Shown here piece by piece: positions 11,010 through 23,430 of a stretch of DNA of 64,000 nt. The notes under the pieces are model-generated. The model saw only the letters and a list, made by a program, of their open reading frames with translations, was not told the DNA's origin and ran no database searches. The position numbers and the translations under genes were made by a program. Each line of letters opens with the position of its first letter. Position 1 is the first letter of the stretch. The stretch comes from Phyllobates terribilis (taxonomy: Eukaryota): positions 358,112,001-358,176,000 of the forward strand of contig NW_027362762.1 of NCBI RefSeq assembly GCF_046119375.1, in the 5' to 3' direction.

Positions 11010-11523
11010 ATGTACTGTATAACTCATGGAAAGCTCATATTGTGGCATCCATCCCCCAAAGCATACCATATACTGTGATGAATACATTCTTCTGTAGTAG
11101 TCCCTGCAAAGAAACAGCGTGTATACTATACCACTCCATAGGTTTTTTTTTATTTTTCCTCTGGTGTACTGGCCAGACGAAGTCCACTCTATGTAACCCT
11201 ATAGATGTGTAGCGTATCCATTAGCTTTCCTGGCATACATGCTAAGCATGATGTAAATGGGGCCTTACTTCCATTATGGCAGCGTAAGACCCTCTTTTTC
11301 AGCAGTTCAGATCACAAATGTAAGAGCTGGGCGACTTCGCCACATTATGGAGGAGCTGGAAAGGTCCTCCATGGTTTCTTCTGTTCTTGCCTCCTCTTCT
11401 GCAGTCCCCGAATGTTTTTGTCCTCTACTCCTCATGCAGAGCGACTCGCATCTAGAGCTGCCTATGGTAGTACAGTGTTCCCTGTTACATCATGGCTGTG
11501 TTACATTTGATGGTGGTAGAAAC

Positions 11524-11842
11524 CAGGGCTGTGGAGTCAGTAAGCCAAACCTTTGACTCCGACTCCTCAATTTCCCTGACACCAACTCCCTCATACATGG
11601 CTCATGTTTAAGTGATAAATTTACTGTAGGACACATTTTTCTCAGCTAAAAGTCTAGACCCTTAGATCAGGAATAGGACAGACATTTATAGGACATTTCA
11701 TAACTTTCCCAAATTCTTATGAAAAAAATATTCCCCACAAACTGCATTGAACTACTGTACCCAATTTATTATATATTTTAGGAGTCTGTCCATTTAATGC
11801 CGACTCCAACAAAATGGGCTCCGACTCGACTCCACAGCCCTG
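11524..11842. mobile_element. hAT-like MITE (CAGGGCTGTGGAGTC TIR family)
   Basis: TIRs CAGGGCTGTGGAGTC / GACTCCACAGCCCTG. Homologous to the copies at 21522, ~25982 and 46764. Confidence 0.8.
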
Positions 11843-11850
11843 GAACACTT

Positions 11851-12950
11851 TAACCCCTTACTGGCCTGGGGCGTATTAGTACGCCCCATGCCATCACCCC
11901 CGGTTCAGTGAGGGCTCCGGTGCTGATCCCGCACTGAACCTGCAACAGCCGCGGGTTGAATCGCGATCCAACCGCGGCTGTTAACCAGTTAAATGCCGCT
12001 GTCAATCTCTGACAGTGGCATTAGCCCCGCCCATCGGTGACCCTGTCACATGATCGCTGGTCACCGATGCGTGGGCATGACAACCTGGGGTCTGCAGCAG
12101 ACCCCCGTGGTTGTCATGTCTCACTTGCTATGAGCGCCACCTAGTGGTCGGTGCTCATAGCACATGAGCATTTCCGCTACACAGAGGCGATGAGCAGATC
12201 GCATCAGACAACTGCAGCTTCTAGTCTCCTATGGAGACTATAGAAGCATGCAAAAAGTGGGGGAAAAAAAATGTTTTTAAAAATATGAAAAAAATAAAAG
12301 TTTAAATCACCCCCCTTTTTGTCCCATTCAAAATAAAATAATAATAAAAAAAAAACCTACATGCACATATTTGGTATAGCCGCGTTCAAAATCGCCCGAT
12401 CTATCAATATAAAAAAATAATTAATCCGATCGGTAAACGGCGTAACAAGAAAAAAATTCTAAACGCCAGAATTGCGTTTTTTTGGTCGTCGCAACATTGA
12501 AATAAAATACAGTAACATTCGATCAAAACATCGGATCTACCCAAGATAGTATCAATAAAAACGTCAGCTCGACGCGCAAAAAATAAGCCCTCACTCGGCC
12601 CCAGATCACGAAAAATGGAGACGCTACGGGTCTCAGAAAATGGTGCCATCTTTTTCTTCTAATTTTAGCAAACTTTGGAGAATAATGATGGCAGTTCAGT
12701 TTTAGCATTCGGTGAACGTGGTAAAAAAAACAAAAAAACAACAACTGTGGAATTGCATTTTTTTTTTTGCAATTTCACCGCACTTGGAATTTTTTCCCGT
12801 TTTCCAGTACACAATATGGTAAAACCAGTGATGGCATTTAATAGTACAACTCGTCCCGCAAAAATTAAGCCCTCACATGGCCATATTGAACGAAAAATAA
12901 AAAGGTTATGGCTCTGGAAAGAAGGGGAGTAAAAAATGAAAATGCTCCAG
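11851..12950. mobile_element. Non-autonomous piggyBac-like (TTAA-CCCCTT) element, right end truncated
   Basis: TTAACCCCTTA start. Internal sequence is homologous (inverted) to 53330-54180. Confidence 0.65.
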
Positions 12951-13635
12951 TCATGATGTGTGAACATAGCCTAACATAGCAGATACTTAATCCTGAATTT
13001 ATACTTATACAGTAAGCCAACACTAGACAAGCTAAACTTCTACCAAACCTGAAAGCAGCTTATTGGACGGATTCCAATAAGAGTGAATACTGGGGAATCA
13101 CTGTTCATGCTTTATCCTGTCTGGCTGTCTGCTACAACCCTCGGCCATCATTTGTTATTGCAGATGAAAACGGAGGTTAGTCGCACACCTCTCCTGCAGT
13201 GGTCACCGTAGGATAAATGTGTTATTATCTGAAGTCCATACAAAGTAAGGCTGGGTTCAGACTGTTGTTGCAAACATCAGGCCAGTCTTTGTCGTGGATG
13301 GGAGCAGGTGCTTTCTGTACACTGACCAGGATAGTGCAATCTTATGACACGTGGGCCTGAGGTCTGTGTAGAAAATCCTGATGTACATTAAAGGGAACCT
13401 GTCATTTTTTGGTATCGCGGTATAGGGTCTCGTCTACCAACAACATTGATGCCTTTTTTGTACAGATTCGATGTCCCATTGCTGTTAAATCAAATGTAAA
13501 ATAATATGCAAATCAGGCAGCAGGTGCAATGAGGGTGTCAGTGCATTTGTACTATTAACAGTGCAATTCCAGGATCATTTGCTGATGAGTTCAATGTTTG
13601 ATTTCTTAGCAAATGTACAAAATAGTCATCATTTT

Positions 13636-14119
13636 TAAAGACCACTTGTCACCTCAGAAAACGCAGTTTACCTGCAAATTTAGGGTTAATCTGCAGGTAA
13701 ATAGCGTTATAATGTTGCCGAGCTGCCTTACGAGAAGTGCAGCTACCGGGAGAAAATGAACTCATTTTTTCCAAGGAGCTGCCGGCTTTCAGTCATGGGG
13801 AGTGTACAGAGCATCTACTGTCAGCGCTCACTATACTGTGAACAGCGGCTGTAAGCACGCCCCTGCACATTGTCTGACAGCTGACTCTGCAGTGCATCTG
13901 TACAGCGTGAGCTGTCAATCAAAGTGCTGGGGCGTGCTCACAGTCACTGCTCATAGTGAGTGCTGCTGTGATGACTAATCACTCCCTGCACCGCTCCTAT
14001 GACCAAAGGTCGGTGGCTTCCAGGACGGTAGCCACACTTTCAGTAAGGCAGCTGAGAAGCTTTCTAACACTATTTACCGGTAGATTAACCCTATATTTGC
14101 TGGTTAATAGCATTTTCCA
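13636..14119. mobile_element. T2/Kolobok-type MITE
   Basis: TTAAAGACCACTTGTCACC...GGTGATGGGTTCCCTTTAA with internal inverted symmetry; related to 21086-21836 and 57895-58267. Confidence 0.65.
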
Positions 14120-14369
14120 CGGTGATGGGTTCCCTTTAATGTTGGCTAATGGCCTATATAGCAATACTGCTAGTTCTTGGAAGTAAAATCCTCCCTTTCA
14201 CACAGTGGCTACAATAGACGCCTTTGCTGTTCTTTTCTGATCTGTTGCCCACAAGGACAGGCCACAAACCAAAACAATGCTCATTTGAAGCTGGACTGAT
14301 GGGAAGCGTGTGTAATCCTTGGAAACAACACAAAATTTGAGCTTGGTTTAAGTTGGTATACATGTAGCA

Positions 14370-15165
14370 CACAAATGCATGTTTCATAATGCCCATGAAT
14401 CAGAAAAACCCACAAGAAGCAAAACAAACAAACCCTGCTGTAAATAAATAAAAAGCAAGTGCATTTAAATGAAATAAGGCTCTTAGTAACACTGTCTCTG
14501 ATCAAAAATAGTATGAAAGCTATCCCACCAGCAACAAGGTGAACCCGTAGAGCTGGATCGTACAATTGAAAGGCTGGTGTTAATAGTTTGGGACCCATCC
14601 TTTGTCTGCCCTTATTCACACAGAGGTCAGTTTTGTCACATGGTAAGGTTTTTACTATTAGATAGTGTTGAGCGAGTATGTTCTATTAACCCTTTCGGCG
14701 AGTATGCTCCGGCCGAGCACTGAGTAGTTACAGCTGCACGGTGGTATGTTTGAATCGCTCCCGTGTGCATGATTTGTGACTATTTGACAGCTTTATTACA
14801 TGTGAGGAATGTCTATTTCTTACACATTCCTCACATGTAATAAAGCTGTCAAACAGTTGCAAATCATGCTCACGGGAGTGATTCAACCTTATCACCGAGC
14901 AGCTATAAATACTCGGAGCTCGGCCCGAGCATACTCGGACAGAACATACTTGCTCAACACTACTATTAGACAGTGTAGAACTTTCCCAAACAGGTTCACC
15001 TTGTCGCTGGTGGGATAGCTTTTATACTATTTTTGATCAGAGACAGTGTTACTAAGAACCTTATTTCATTTAAATGCACTTGCTTTTTATTTATTTACAC
15101 CAAGGTTTGTTTGTTTTGTTTCTTCTGGGTTTTTCATGTGTAATATACATGGTTGTGCTGAGTAC
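14370..15165. repeat. Large inverted repeat (arms ~14370-14548 and ~14993-15165), probably an older MITE enclosing the hAT MITE
   Basis: e.g. AAGCAAGTGCATTTAAATGAAATAAGG...CAAGGTGAACC versus GGTTCACCTTG...CCTTATTTCATTTAAATGCACTTGCTT. Confidence 0.8.
14663..14962. mobile_element. hAT-type MITE (300 bp)
   Basis: TIRs TAGTGTTGAGC / GCTCAACACTA with a perfect 8-bp TSD CTATTAGA (14655-62, 14963-70). Confidence 0.85.
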
Positions 15166-15261
15166 TCGGATTCATGGGACACTTTGAACTGTCTTTATGC
15201 TTTGGCTAATACATGTTCACAGTCGTCCCTCCTCAATGATTTCTATATCTAATTAAATATA

Positions 15262-17433
15262 CAGTGGTGTGAAAAAGTGTTTGCCTCCTTCCTGATTTCT
15301 TATTCTTTTGCATGTTTGTCACACTTAAATGTTTCAGATCGCAAAACAAATTTAAATATTAGACAAAGATAACACAAGAAAACACAAAATGCAATTTTTA
15401 AATGAAGCTCTTTATTATTAAGGGAAAAAGAAATCCAAACCTACCGGGCCGTGTGTGAAAAATTGATTGCCCCCCTCCTAAAACATAACTTAACTATTGT
15501 TTATGACATCTTTGGGAAGCTGAGTTCAATTTCCCTAGCCACAATCAGGCCTGATTACTGCCACACTTGTTCTTAATCAAGAAATCACTTATTTAGGACC
15601 TGCCCGACAAAGTGAATTAGACCAAAACATCCTCAAAAGCTAGACATTATGCTGTGATCCGAACAAATGAGAAACTAATTGAGATATATCAGTCTGGAAA
15701 AGTTTATAAAGCCATTTCTAAAGCTTTGGGACTCCAGCAAACCACAGTGAGAGCCATTATCCACAAGTGGCAAAAATACGGAACCGTGGTGAACCTTCTC
15801 AGGAGTGGCCGACCAACCAAAATTACCTCGAGTGCAGCGACGACTCCTCCAAGAGGTCACAAAAGACCCCACAACAACATCCAAAGAACTGCAGGCCTCA
15901 CATGCTTCAGTTAAGGTCAGTGTTCATGTAGTAAAGAAGGATCCGAGGGCACTACCAAATATCAAACTGGGATCAGCCGGTAGCACACAAAACCAAATAA
16001 TGAGACAAAAGAAAAAAGAAGTGTGCAAACTACACTGGGATCACCAAAAACAATAATGAGAATTTTATTAAATACGTAGATGAACATAGACAGTTAAAAA
16101 CATTTAAAAAGCCATCATAGCTAAGAAACAAACACTCCATCTGATAAGTCCATAATGGGACAGGCACCTCTCCTCCAATGTTACCTGAGACTATAATAAT
16201 GATATTGGTAACCTGGTGTATGCAAGGTATGTCAAACAGTGACCCATACCTATAATGCTTTACACATAGCCTGCCTATTAAGCAAGAGGCAGTAAAACAT
16301 GGCAAGATGTTTGCAATAAAAAAGGCCAATAAGCCCAAATGTATTGAGCAGTGTAAATATAACACAAAACAGTAAGTCAGACAGCCATGGCAGAATGCAG
16401 CAATGGAAGCAAGAGAGGGTACCTGAGAGTAAACCAAGTAGGTGTGGAGGAGCTGGAGACAACCTCGCAACCTCTAACGTGGCTTTATCAGGGAAGGGAA
16501 GTGTTCATGACTCCACCATAAGAAAGAGCCAGGGCAAAAATGGCATGCATGGCAGAGTTCCAAGACGCAAACCAATGTTGAGCAAAAATAGCATTAAGGC
16601 GCGTCAGTTTTGCCAGAAAACGTCTTGATGATCGACAAGACTTTTGGGAGAATACTCTGGACTGACGAGGCAAAAGTTGAACTTTTTGGTAGATGTATGT
16701 CCCATTACATCTGGCGTAGAAGTAACACAGCATTTCAGAAAAGGAACATCATACCAACAGTAAAATATGGTAGTGGTAGCGTTATGGCCTGGGGCTGTTT
16801 TGCTTATTCAGGACTTGGAAGACTTGCTGTGGTAAATGGAACCATGAATTCTGCTGTCTACCAAAAAATCCTGAAGGAGAATGTCCGGCCATCTGTTCGT
16901 GACCTCAAACTGAAGCGCACTTGGGTTATGCAGCAGGACAATGACTCAAAACTCACCCGCAAGTCCACCTCTGAATGACTTAAGAAAAACAAAATTAAGA
17001 CACTGGAGTGGCCTAGTCAAAGTCCTGACCCGATTGAGATGCTGTGGCATGACATTAAAAAGGCAGTTCCTGCTCGGAAACCCTCCAATGTGGCTGAATT
17101 ACAATAATTGTGCAAAGATGAGCGGCCAAAATTCCTCCAGAACATTGTAAACGACTCATTGCCAGTTATCACAAATGCTTGATTGCAGTTGTTGCTAAGG
17201 ATGGCTCAACCAGTTATTAGGTTAAGGGGGCAATCACTTTTTCACACAGTGCCCTGTAGATTTGGATTTCTTCTTCCCTTAATAATAAAGGCCTTCATTT
17301 AAAAATTGCATTTCGTGTTTATTTGTTATCTTTGTCTAATATTTAAATTTGTTTTGTGATCTGAAACTTTTAAGTGTGACAAACATGCAAAATAATAAAT
17401 CTGAAAGGAGGCAAACACTTTTTCACACCACTA
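15262..17433 (+). mobile_element. Frog Prince-like Tc1 (DD34E class) transposon, degenerate, with a 571-bp insertion
   Basis: TA flanks and ~200-bp TIRs CAGTGGTGTGAAAAAGTGTTTGCC. Transposase fragments IEIYQSGKVYKAISKALG, QEVTKDPTTTSKELQAS, LWTDEAKVELFG, QQDND, WPSQSPD match the Frog Prince transposase as recalled. Confidence 0.9.
15929..16499. mobile_element. Unclassified 571-bp insertion (probable truncated non-LTR/PLE fragment) in the Frog Prince ORF
   Basis: 10-bp TSD AGTGTTCATG at 15919-28 and 16500-09; no TIRs. Confidence 0.7.
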
Positions 17434-17630
17434 TATATAACACTGGGTTGGACACAAGGTATAAAACCTAGATTGAATTTTTTGTGAGCAGATTCTTTAG
17501 TAAGTTACATTTTAATTATTGCCTCACGAAGCATTCTTGTGAATTTAGGATTAAACTGACATACAAACACCTATGTTAGCTGCTAGTTTACCAAGCTTAA
17601 AGCATGTCAATTCTTTCTTTTTACTTAGAT

Positions 17631-18698
17631 ATGATGGAAGGACTGATGAGATTTACTTCAAGTCTACAAGTTCCTTCTAGTCTGGAAGACTTGCAGTACT
17701 CTTTCAATGAGCATGGAGAGTTGAGGCATTTGGTCACCAAGGAACCATTTGTCTACAATTACTACAAAAAAGAACATGAAAGAAATCACAAACGTTACAA
17801 AATGCTTGGAGATATAATCACGCTTCATATCTATGAACTACTTGAAAAACAACTCAACTTTGACAGAATTACTATTCCTATTGATGCTAGCGATGAAGAA
17901 CCAAAGTCATTCTTCTTCATGAGTAGGGAACCATTGAGTAATCAGAAAAAATTGTTCGTACTTCTTCAAGATAGAGGGGTAATCCGAGCCGGACAGTGGA
18001 GCCAAAAGGTCATAGTCCATCACTCTCTAGACAGAGGAACCCAGATCCCATATATCACCTCTGCTTTAAGAGACAACAGCTCAGTAATTGTCCTTAACCC
18101 CAATGACAATTTTGTGGAGATGAAAGAAGACACACAAGCTCTTGTCAAAAAAGAAGATGCTGTCTGTGTAGAAACCAGGGATGCATGTAATGTGTCTACA
18201 GATAAGAAGCTTGCTTTCCCTAAAAGATGTTGCACTTCTCCAGAAGAACACACCAACTATGTCTGGGATCACTTTATTTCGAGAAGTGCAGCTACGAATG
18301 TGTCATTTATTGCCCATGGGTATGGTGGCTTAGTGTTTATGGATTTGCTTAGTAAGAAAAGCCAAGAGGTCATGAGTAAAGTGACTGCTGTGGCTTTCAT
18401 AGATTCTAGGCATCATGCTCAGCATCAGACAAGAACTGACCCCGAAATATGGACTTGGATACGCTCACACTGCAGAAGCTGGGTATTAAGTGCCAAGCCG
18501 TTAGACAGACCTACTGGGTGTTTAAGAAAACTGGATTGTTACAAGGTATCTGCCGGAACTGAAAAATATGATCTTGCACCTTCTTGTGCTCTTCAGTCTA
18601 TTTTCCGATTTCTTAGTAGATCTTCAAAAAGTCGTCAATATTCAGTTCCCCCGGTACGCACAATGGTAACTAGAAGTTCAGTTAGGAAGTCAGTGTAA
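17631..18698 (+). CDS. FAM172B: FAM172/ARB2-family protein (FAM172B/ARB2B-like), single coding exon, ~355 aa from Met 17631
   Basis: Similar to FAM172A/ARB2A (YSFNEHGELRH, GVIRAGQWSQ, RGTQIPYI, VLNPNDN, YVWDHFI, AHGYGG, KVTAVAFIDS, VSAGTEK). Acceptor TTTTTACTTAG at 17628. Position upstream of TRMT10C and PCNP matches the human FAM172BP locus. The true start may lie in an upstream exon. Confidence 0.85.
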   Translation: MMEGLMRFTSSLQVPSSLEDLQYSFNEHGELRHLVTKEPFVYNYYKKEHERNHKRYKMLGDIITLHIYELLEKQLNFDRITIPIDASDEEPKSFFFMSREPLSNQKKLFVLLQDRGVIRAGQWSQKVIVHHSLDRGTQIPYITSALRDNSSVIVLNPNDNFVEMKEDTQALVKKEDAVCVETRDACNVSTDKKLAFPKRCCTSPEEHTNYVWDHFISRSAATNVSFIAHGYGGLVFMDLLSKKSQEVMSKVTAVAFIDSRHHAQHQTRTDPEIWTWIRSHCRSWVLSAKPLDRPTGCLRKLDCYKVSAGTEKYDLAPSCALQSIFRFLSRSSKSRQYSVPPVRTMVTRSSVRKSV

Positions 18699-20513
18699 AT
18701 GGCATGTCTGCACAAATAGTAATACTGCTGGAAAATATACCGAACCCAAGTGTGCATCTGTATCCAGGCATGTATGTATTAGTAACCCAGTAATAATGGG
18801 AATCTATGTATACTTTAGTTGGAGAACACCCTAATCTGTATTACAGCAATGGAATTAGCATGATGAAATGATCTCAAGTTAATATTTAGCAGTTTTCTTA
18901 TGGAAGACTGTGCATCAAATAAATCGTCCTCTAAATAATACCAGAATACTGTAGTGTTTCCATGCGTCAGATGTATGTATAAGTATTACTATACCTTTAT
19001 CTACAATATGAAAATATTTTTAAAATATATATTTGCTCTGTGTGTGTCAATAAAACTCTACGGGTCAGTGTGCTGTCCAAGAAAAAAAAAACAACGGACG
19101 GCACTAGGATGTGTGAATGTGGCCTAAGTGTAATTGCTGAATTTGCATTTTTCTGTAGATGTAGAACAAATTTGAGTTGCATTCAAATTAATGGGATTTC
19201 ATCTTATGTTTTGCAAAGGGTAAACTCAGTGGTGAAAATTGAAAGCATAACTTTAGATTAAAAATCTGCACTGCAGGTCGATTTCCACTTAATTTTCTGT
19301 AGTTAAAGGGAATCTGTCACCCCCTGGCACTTATCTGACCTCTAATATTGGCATACAGGTGATAAAAATGTGAATCTATACTTACCTGTATGCCTCATAT
19401 TAGAGGTCTTGTTGCTGTGAAATGTCTTTTTATTGTTTCAAGTTTCTGACACTTGCCGGCCCGGGGACTGGAAGAAATCCCCGCCCTGTGATTTGCAGTT
19501 TTACAGGCATATCTCACGCCTGCGCAATTTACCTTCTACACAAGGCGCACTTTATCCTCAGTCTATGTTCAGGTATGTTGAGCGCTGGCAAGTCACTGTG
19601 ACTTCCGCTCCAGTGACCTCCAGTGTGCGCAACACTAAGGTTCGCTCCCCACTTCCTCCCGGCCTTGTCATCGTTAGGAACCATATTGCATATATGTATA
19701 CAAAAATATTCTTGCCTGATGTATCAAGCATGGGAAGAGAAAATCGCATGATGGGTGGTATAGTTGCCCCAAAAATAGTAATGGGTGAGTATTATGCATG
19801 GCAACCATTCAAATTAATAAAACCTATGCAATAAAGTTGAACAATAAGATCTACAGGAGCCTGGTCCAGCAGCCACATGAGAAGTCCGTGGCCGCTAAAC
19901 AAAGCTTTGAACATCTCCTACCTGCAGCATCCCCTACGCCTCTAGTAATTAGTAGAAGGTTGCTCAAATGACGTCAAGGTGGCCTACTACCCAGAAAAAG
20001 TGCTGGATATGCCACATGTAGTCATGTCACAGGGCTCTGGTCCACAAAACATGGAGAACTGACATGGCCGCTAGACCATGGTACTGCAAAACTTTTTGCT
20101 CAACTCTACAGTGCAGTATACTAGTGTATTGAGTGATATGTCCAGATCTTAACATGAACATTGCTAGCTACATCAGCACATTTATCATTGTAGTACACAT
20201 TGACACAATCCTCCAATTTATTACACAAGTAATTAATACAATAAATGTACACTTGTACAGCATTCACATAAGCAGTTCAAATGGAAATTAAATACTATGC
20301 AGTACAAGCAAAATAAAGCTGTTATAAAAAAAAAAATCATGTGTATTAGCTTGACTGCATTAAAGTTGTCCATTAAGTAAGATGGCCTCTCATTCCTCGA
20401 GGATTCCAGTCTGCTGTAGCCAGTGTTCCTACTCATTTACTTTCGCACAAATATGAGCATAAATACAGAGCTTTTTCTCTTGTTTGATGGTGACTACAAT
20501 GTCCTTGGCCACA

Positions 20514-23430
20514 CTACACCCCCTGATACAAAAGGTCATATTTTGGAATGTTCTTTGGATCTATTGGACTTTGTACAATGAGCTTTCCACGCATTGCACC
20601 CCTGTAAACTACTTCAATGAGGTCAATAAAGTCTTGCTTCGTCTTGAAACTTCCTACAAACTTGGTATGATCTGGGGACCTGGAAAGCAAATTGTTTCAT
20701 TAGGGCTTTTGTCTAAGCAATGACCACAGTGTAAAACAGTACAAGTTCAGGGTAGAATACAATTAGTACCATAAAATATCCCATGGGTCAGTTTCACATG
20801 GCCACAATAGAGACTATATGAGCCCATACATCGCTCTACGCACTATCTCATGCTGGAACACAGCGCTTCTTCCTGCAGAGCTTCAGAATTTTGCAAAGAA
20901 GGGCTTGCAAAAATCCACACGTTGGCTAGTCACAAATCCTTGAGACTTGTCCCATTATTTTTTTGTCTGACAGCATAAGATTTAATTGAGCCATATACAC
21001 CTCGGTTTTAAGAGCAGATTTATGTCTGTTTGTGAGACTCAGAGCTTGTCCTATTCTCATCTGTTTTGCAGATTAGATTCTGCAATTAAAGGAAACCCAT
21101 CATGTTAAAAAACAGTTAATCTGCAGGTTAATAGTGTTCTAAAGTCGTGCGGCCACCACACTGACAACCCGGCTACCAGGAGGAAATTAACTTTATTCAT
21201 CCAGGTAGACTCCGGCTTTCAGTCATAGAGGCGAGGCTTCAGTCTCCGCTCATTACAAAGTGAGCAGTAGCTGTAATCACACCCTGGCACTGACTTGACA
21301 GCCGACTTTGCACTGATGCACTGCTGAGCCGGCTGTCAGTCAGTGCTGGGGGCATAGTGTACTGAGCGGTGACTGAAGCTACACCTCTATGACTGAAAGC
21401 CGGAGGAATAAAATTACATTTCCACCCGGTAGCCAGGCTTTCAGTGTGGCGCTCACACATCTTCAGAACGCTATTAACCTGCAGATTAACCCCATATCTA
21501 AAGGTTGTGTTTCTTTACATGCAGGGCGGTGGAGTCGGTATAAAATGGACCAACTCCGACTCCTAAAATATATAATAAATTGGGTACAGTAGTTCAATGC
21601 AGTTTGTGGGGAATATTTTTTTGGGGGGAAAGTTATGAAATGTCCTATAAATGTCTGTCCTGATCTAAGGGTCTAGACTTTTAGCTGAGATGAATCTGTG
21701 TGACAGTAAACTTATCACTTAAATATGAGCCATGTATGAGGGAATCGGAGTTAGAGTAGGTGTCATGGAAATTGAGGAGTCCAGGGTTTTGGCTTACCGA
21801 CTCTACAGCCCTATTTACATGACAGGTCCCCTTTAAAGTCTATGAGGATCCATGTAAAATGGATGAGAAGCAGAAGACCTATTTTTTGCTTTAGAATGTA
21901 GCCCAATACTTTAAAAATTAGCCCTGCTATTAAGGATTTTTAAGTCTGCCATGTGTGAAAATACAATTCCAAGCCAAACAGGTTTCTGGCACACTTCACA
22001 CTTGGGCAACACTACTCTGTAAACAAACAGCTGAGACCGCGATGGAGTAGCTACAGTGTGTTGAGGACTCCAAGTCTGATGTAATAAGTTATATAACTCA
22101 TTCTAGTTGGGAAGGAAATGAATGATATTCCATTAGTAGATCCAATAAAAGAACAAATAACATGCTAATTTCACTTTACCCATAATCCACTTTCATATGT
22201 TGTCCATTAAAGAAAAAGACAGTAGATGGGATATAGCTGATATCAAAGTATTGGCGGTAGACCGGCACTTTGTCCACATCCACAAGATAAATGGCAGCCA
22301 TTTTACTTAAGTCATGGGATGTCTTCGCAAGCTGAAAAGAAACCAACAAAGAGAAGATGTTAATAAGATACAATGGATATGGATTGGATATACCGTATAT
22401 ACTCGTGTATAAGCTGACTTTTTCAGCACATTTTTTATGGTGAAAAAGCCTCCCTCGGCTTATACTCTGGTCTATATATATAGTAAGTATATACTTGCTG
22501 TGGGAGGGGAGGGTGGCGGAGAGGCAGAGCACAGGCAGTAGCCGGCTGCTGCAGCTACCACGTGTGCTCGCTACTAAAGAGAACGAATATTCACTCCTCC
22601 ATGCACATGGTAGGGGAGAGGAGTGAATATGTATTTTCTTTAATAGCGCACACTGTCAGCAGCGGCCGCAGCTCCTGCTGCGGCTCAACGATCCTCTGCC
22701 CGCTATTAGACAGTATGAATATTCACTCTTCTCCACTCCCATGGACGTGGAGAGGAGTGAATATTCATTCTCTTTAGTAGCGGGCTGCGGCCGCTGCTGA
22801 CAGTGTGCGCTATTAAAGAAAACGCATATTCACTACTCTCCACGCCCATAGTCCCGGTGTGGAGAAGAGTGAATATCCCCACAGCTCACCTCAGCGTCTG
22901 AGGGTGCATGGCAGTGACGTCATGCACTGCTCAGATGCGGAGATCAGCTGCTGGCAGAATAGGACGCAGCGCTGGAGCAGAGGGAAGTGTATTATTTTCA
23001 TGTGTGCAGTGATGGGGGGCCATGGATACTAGGATTGGGGAATGAGGGGGCCACGCATACCAGGATTGGGGGATTGAGAGGGCCACGCATACCAGGATGG
23101 GGAAATTTACCAGAAACTGCTGCATTTCCCACCCTAGGCTTATACTCTATTCAATACCCAGTTTTTTGTAGTAAAATTAGGTGCCTCGGCTTATATTCGG
23201 GTCGGCTTATACTAGAGTATATACGGTATGTGCAAAATACACCAGAAAAGCGTTTCAAACATAATGTAGTAGGTTTCAGGAAGAAATAACACACTTACAA
23301 TATTATCGAGCTGCAAACAAACAGGATCGTCATCTCTTCCAAACCGGAGAACCAAGACCATCTCAGCTGTTGTTTTTATCACATGATCTATATCAGATTT
23401 ACTACTTAATTTCGGGAGAAGAAAACTCAT
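20514..23430 (-). CDS. TXNL4B: Thioredoxin-like protein 4B (Dim2), 149 aa; coding exons 23299-23430, 22180-22331, 20514-20679
   Basis: [44 protein letters not shown] / [51 protein letters not shown] / [58 protein letters not shown] boundaries; 132+152+166=450 nt; polyA signal at 20217-22 (minus). Confidence 0.96.
21086..21836. mobile_element. T2/Kolobok-type MITE in TXNL4B intron, containing a nested hAT MITE
   Basis: TTAAAGGAAACCCATCATG...TGACAGGTCCCCTTTAA termini. Confidence 0.7.
21522..21813. mobile_element. hAT MITE (CAGGGC..GTGGAGTC family)
   Basis: Perfect 8-bp TSD TTTACATG (21514-21, 21814-21). Confidence 0.85.
22393..23226. mobile_element. Tc1/pogo-type MITE in TXNL4B intron
   Basis: TA flanks, TIRs CCGTATATACTCGTGTATAAGC / GCTTATACTAGAGTATATACGG, internal inverted block at 22580-22870 and G-rich short repeats. 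Confidence 0.8.

Noticed and set aside
11257-11556. ORF MEELERSSMV... as an upstream FAM172B coding exon
   Set aside because: No similarity to the FAM172A N-terminus that I can recognise, and a weak donor; cannot be supported
17604-17630. ORF-track start MSILSFYLD for FAM172B
   Set aside because: This stretch is a polypyrimidine tract plus AG acceptor (intron). The coding exon starts at 17629.
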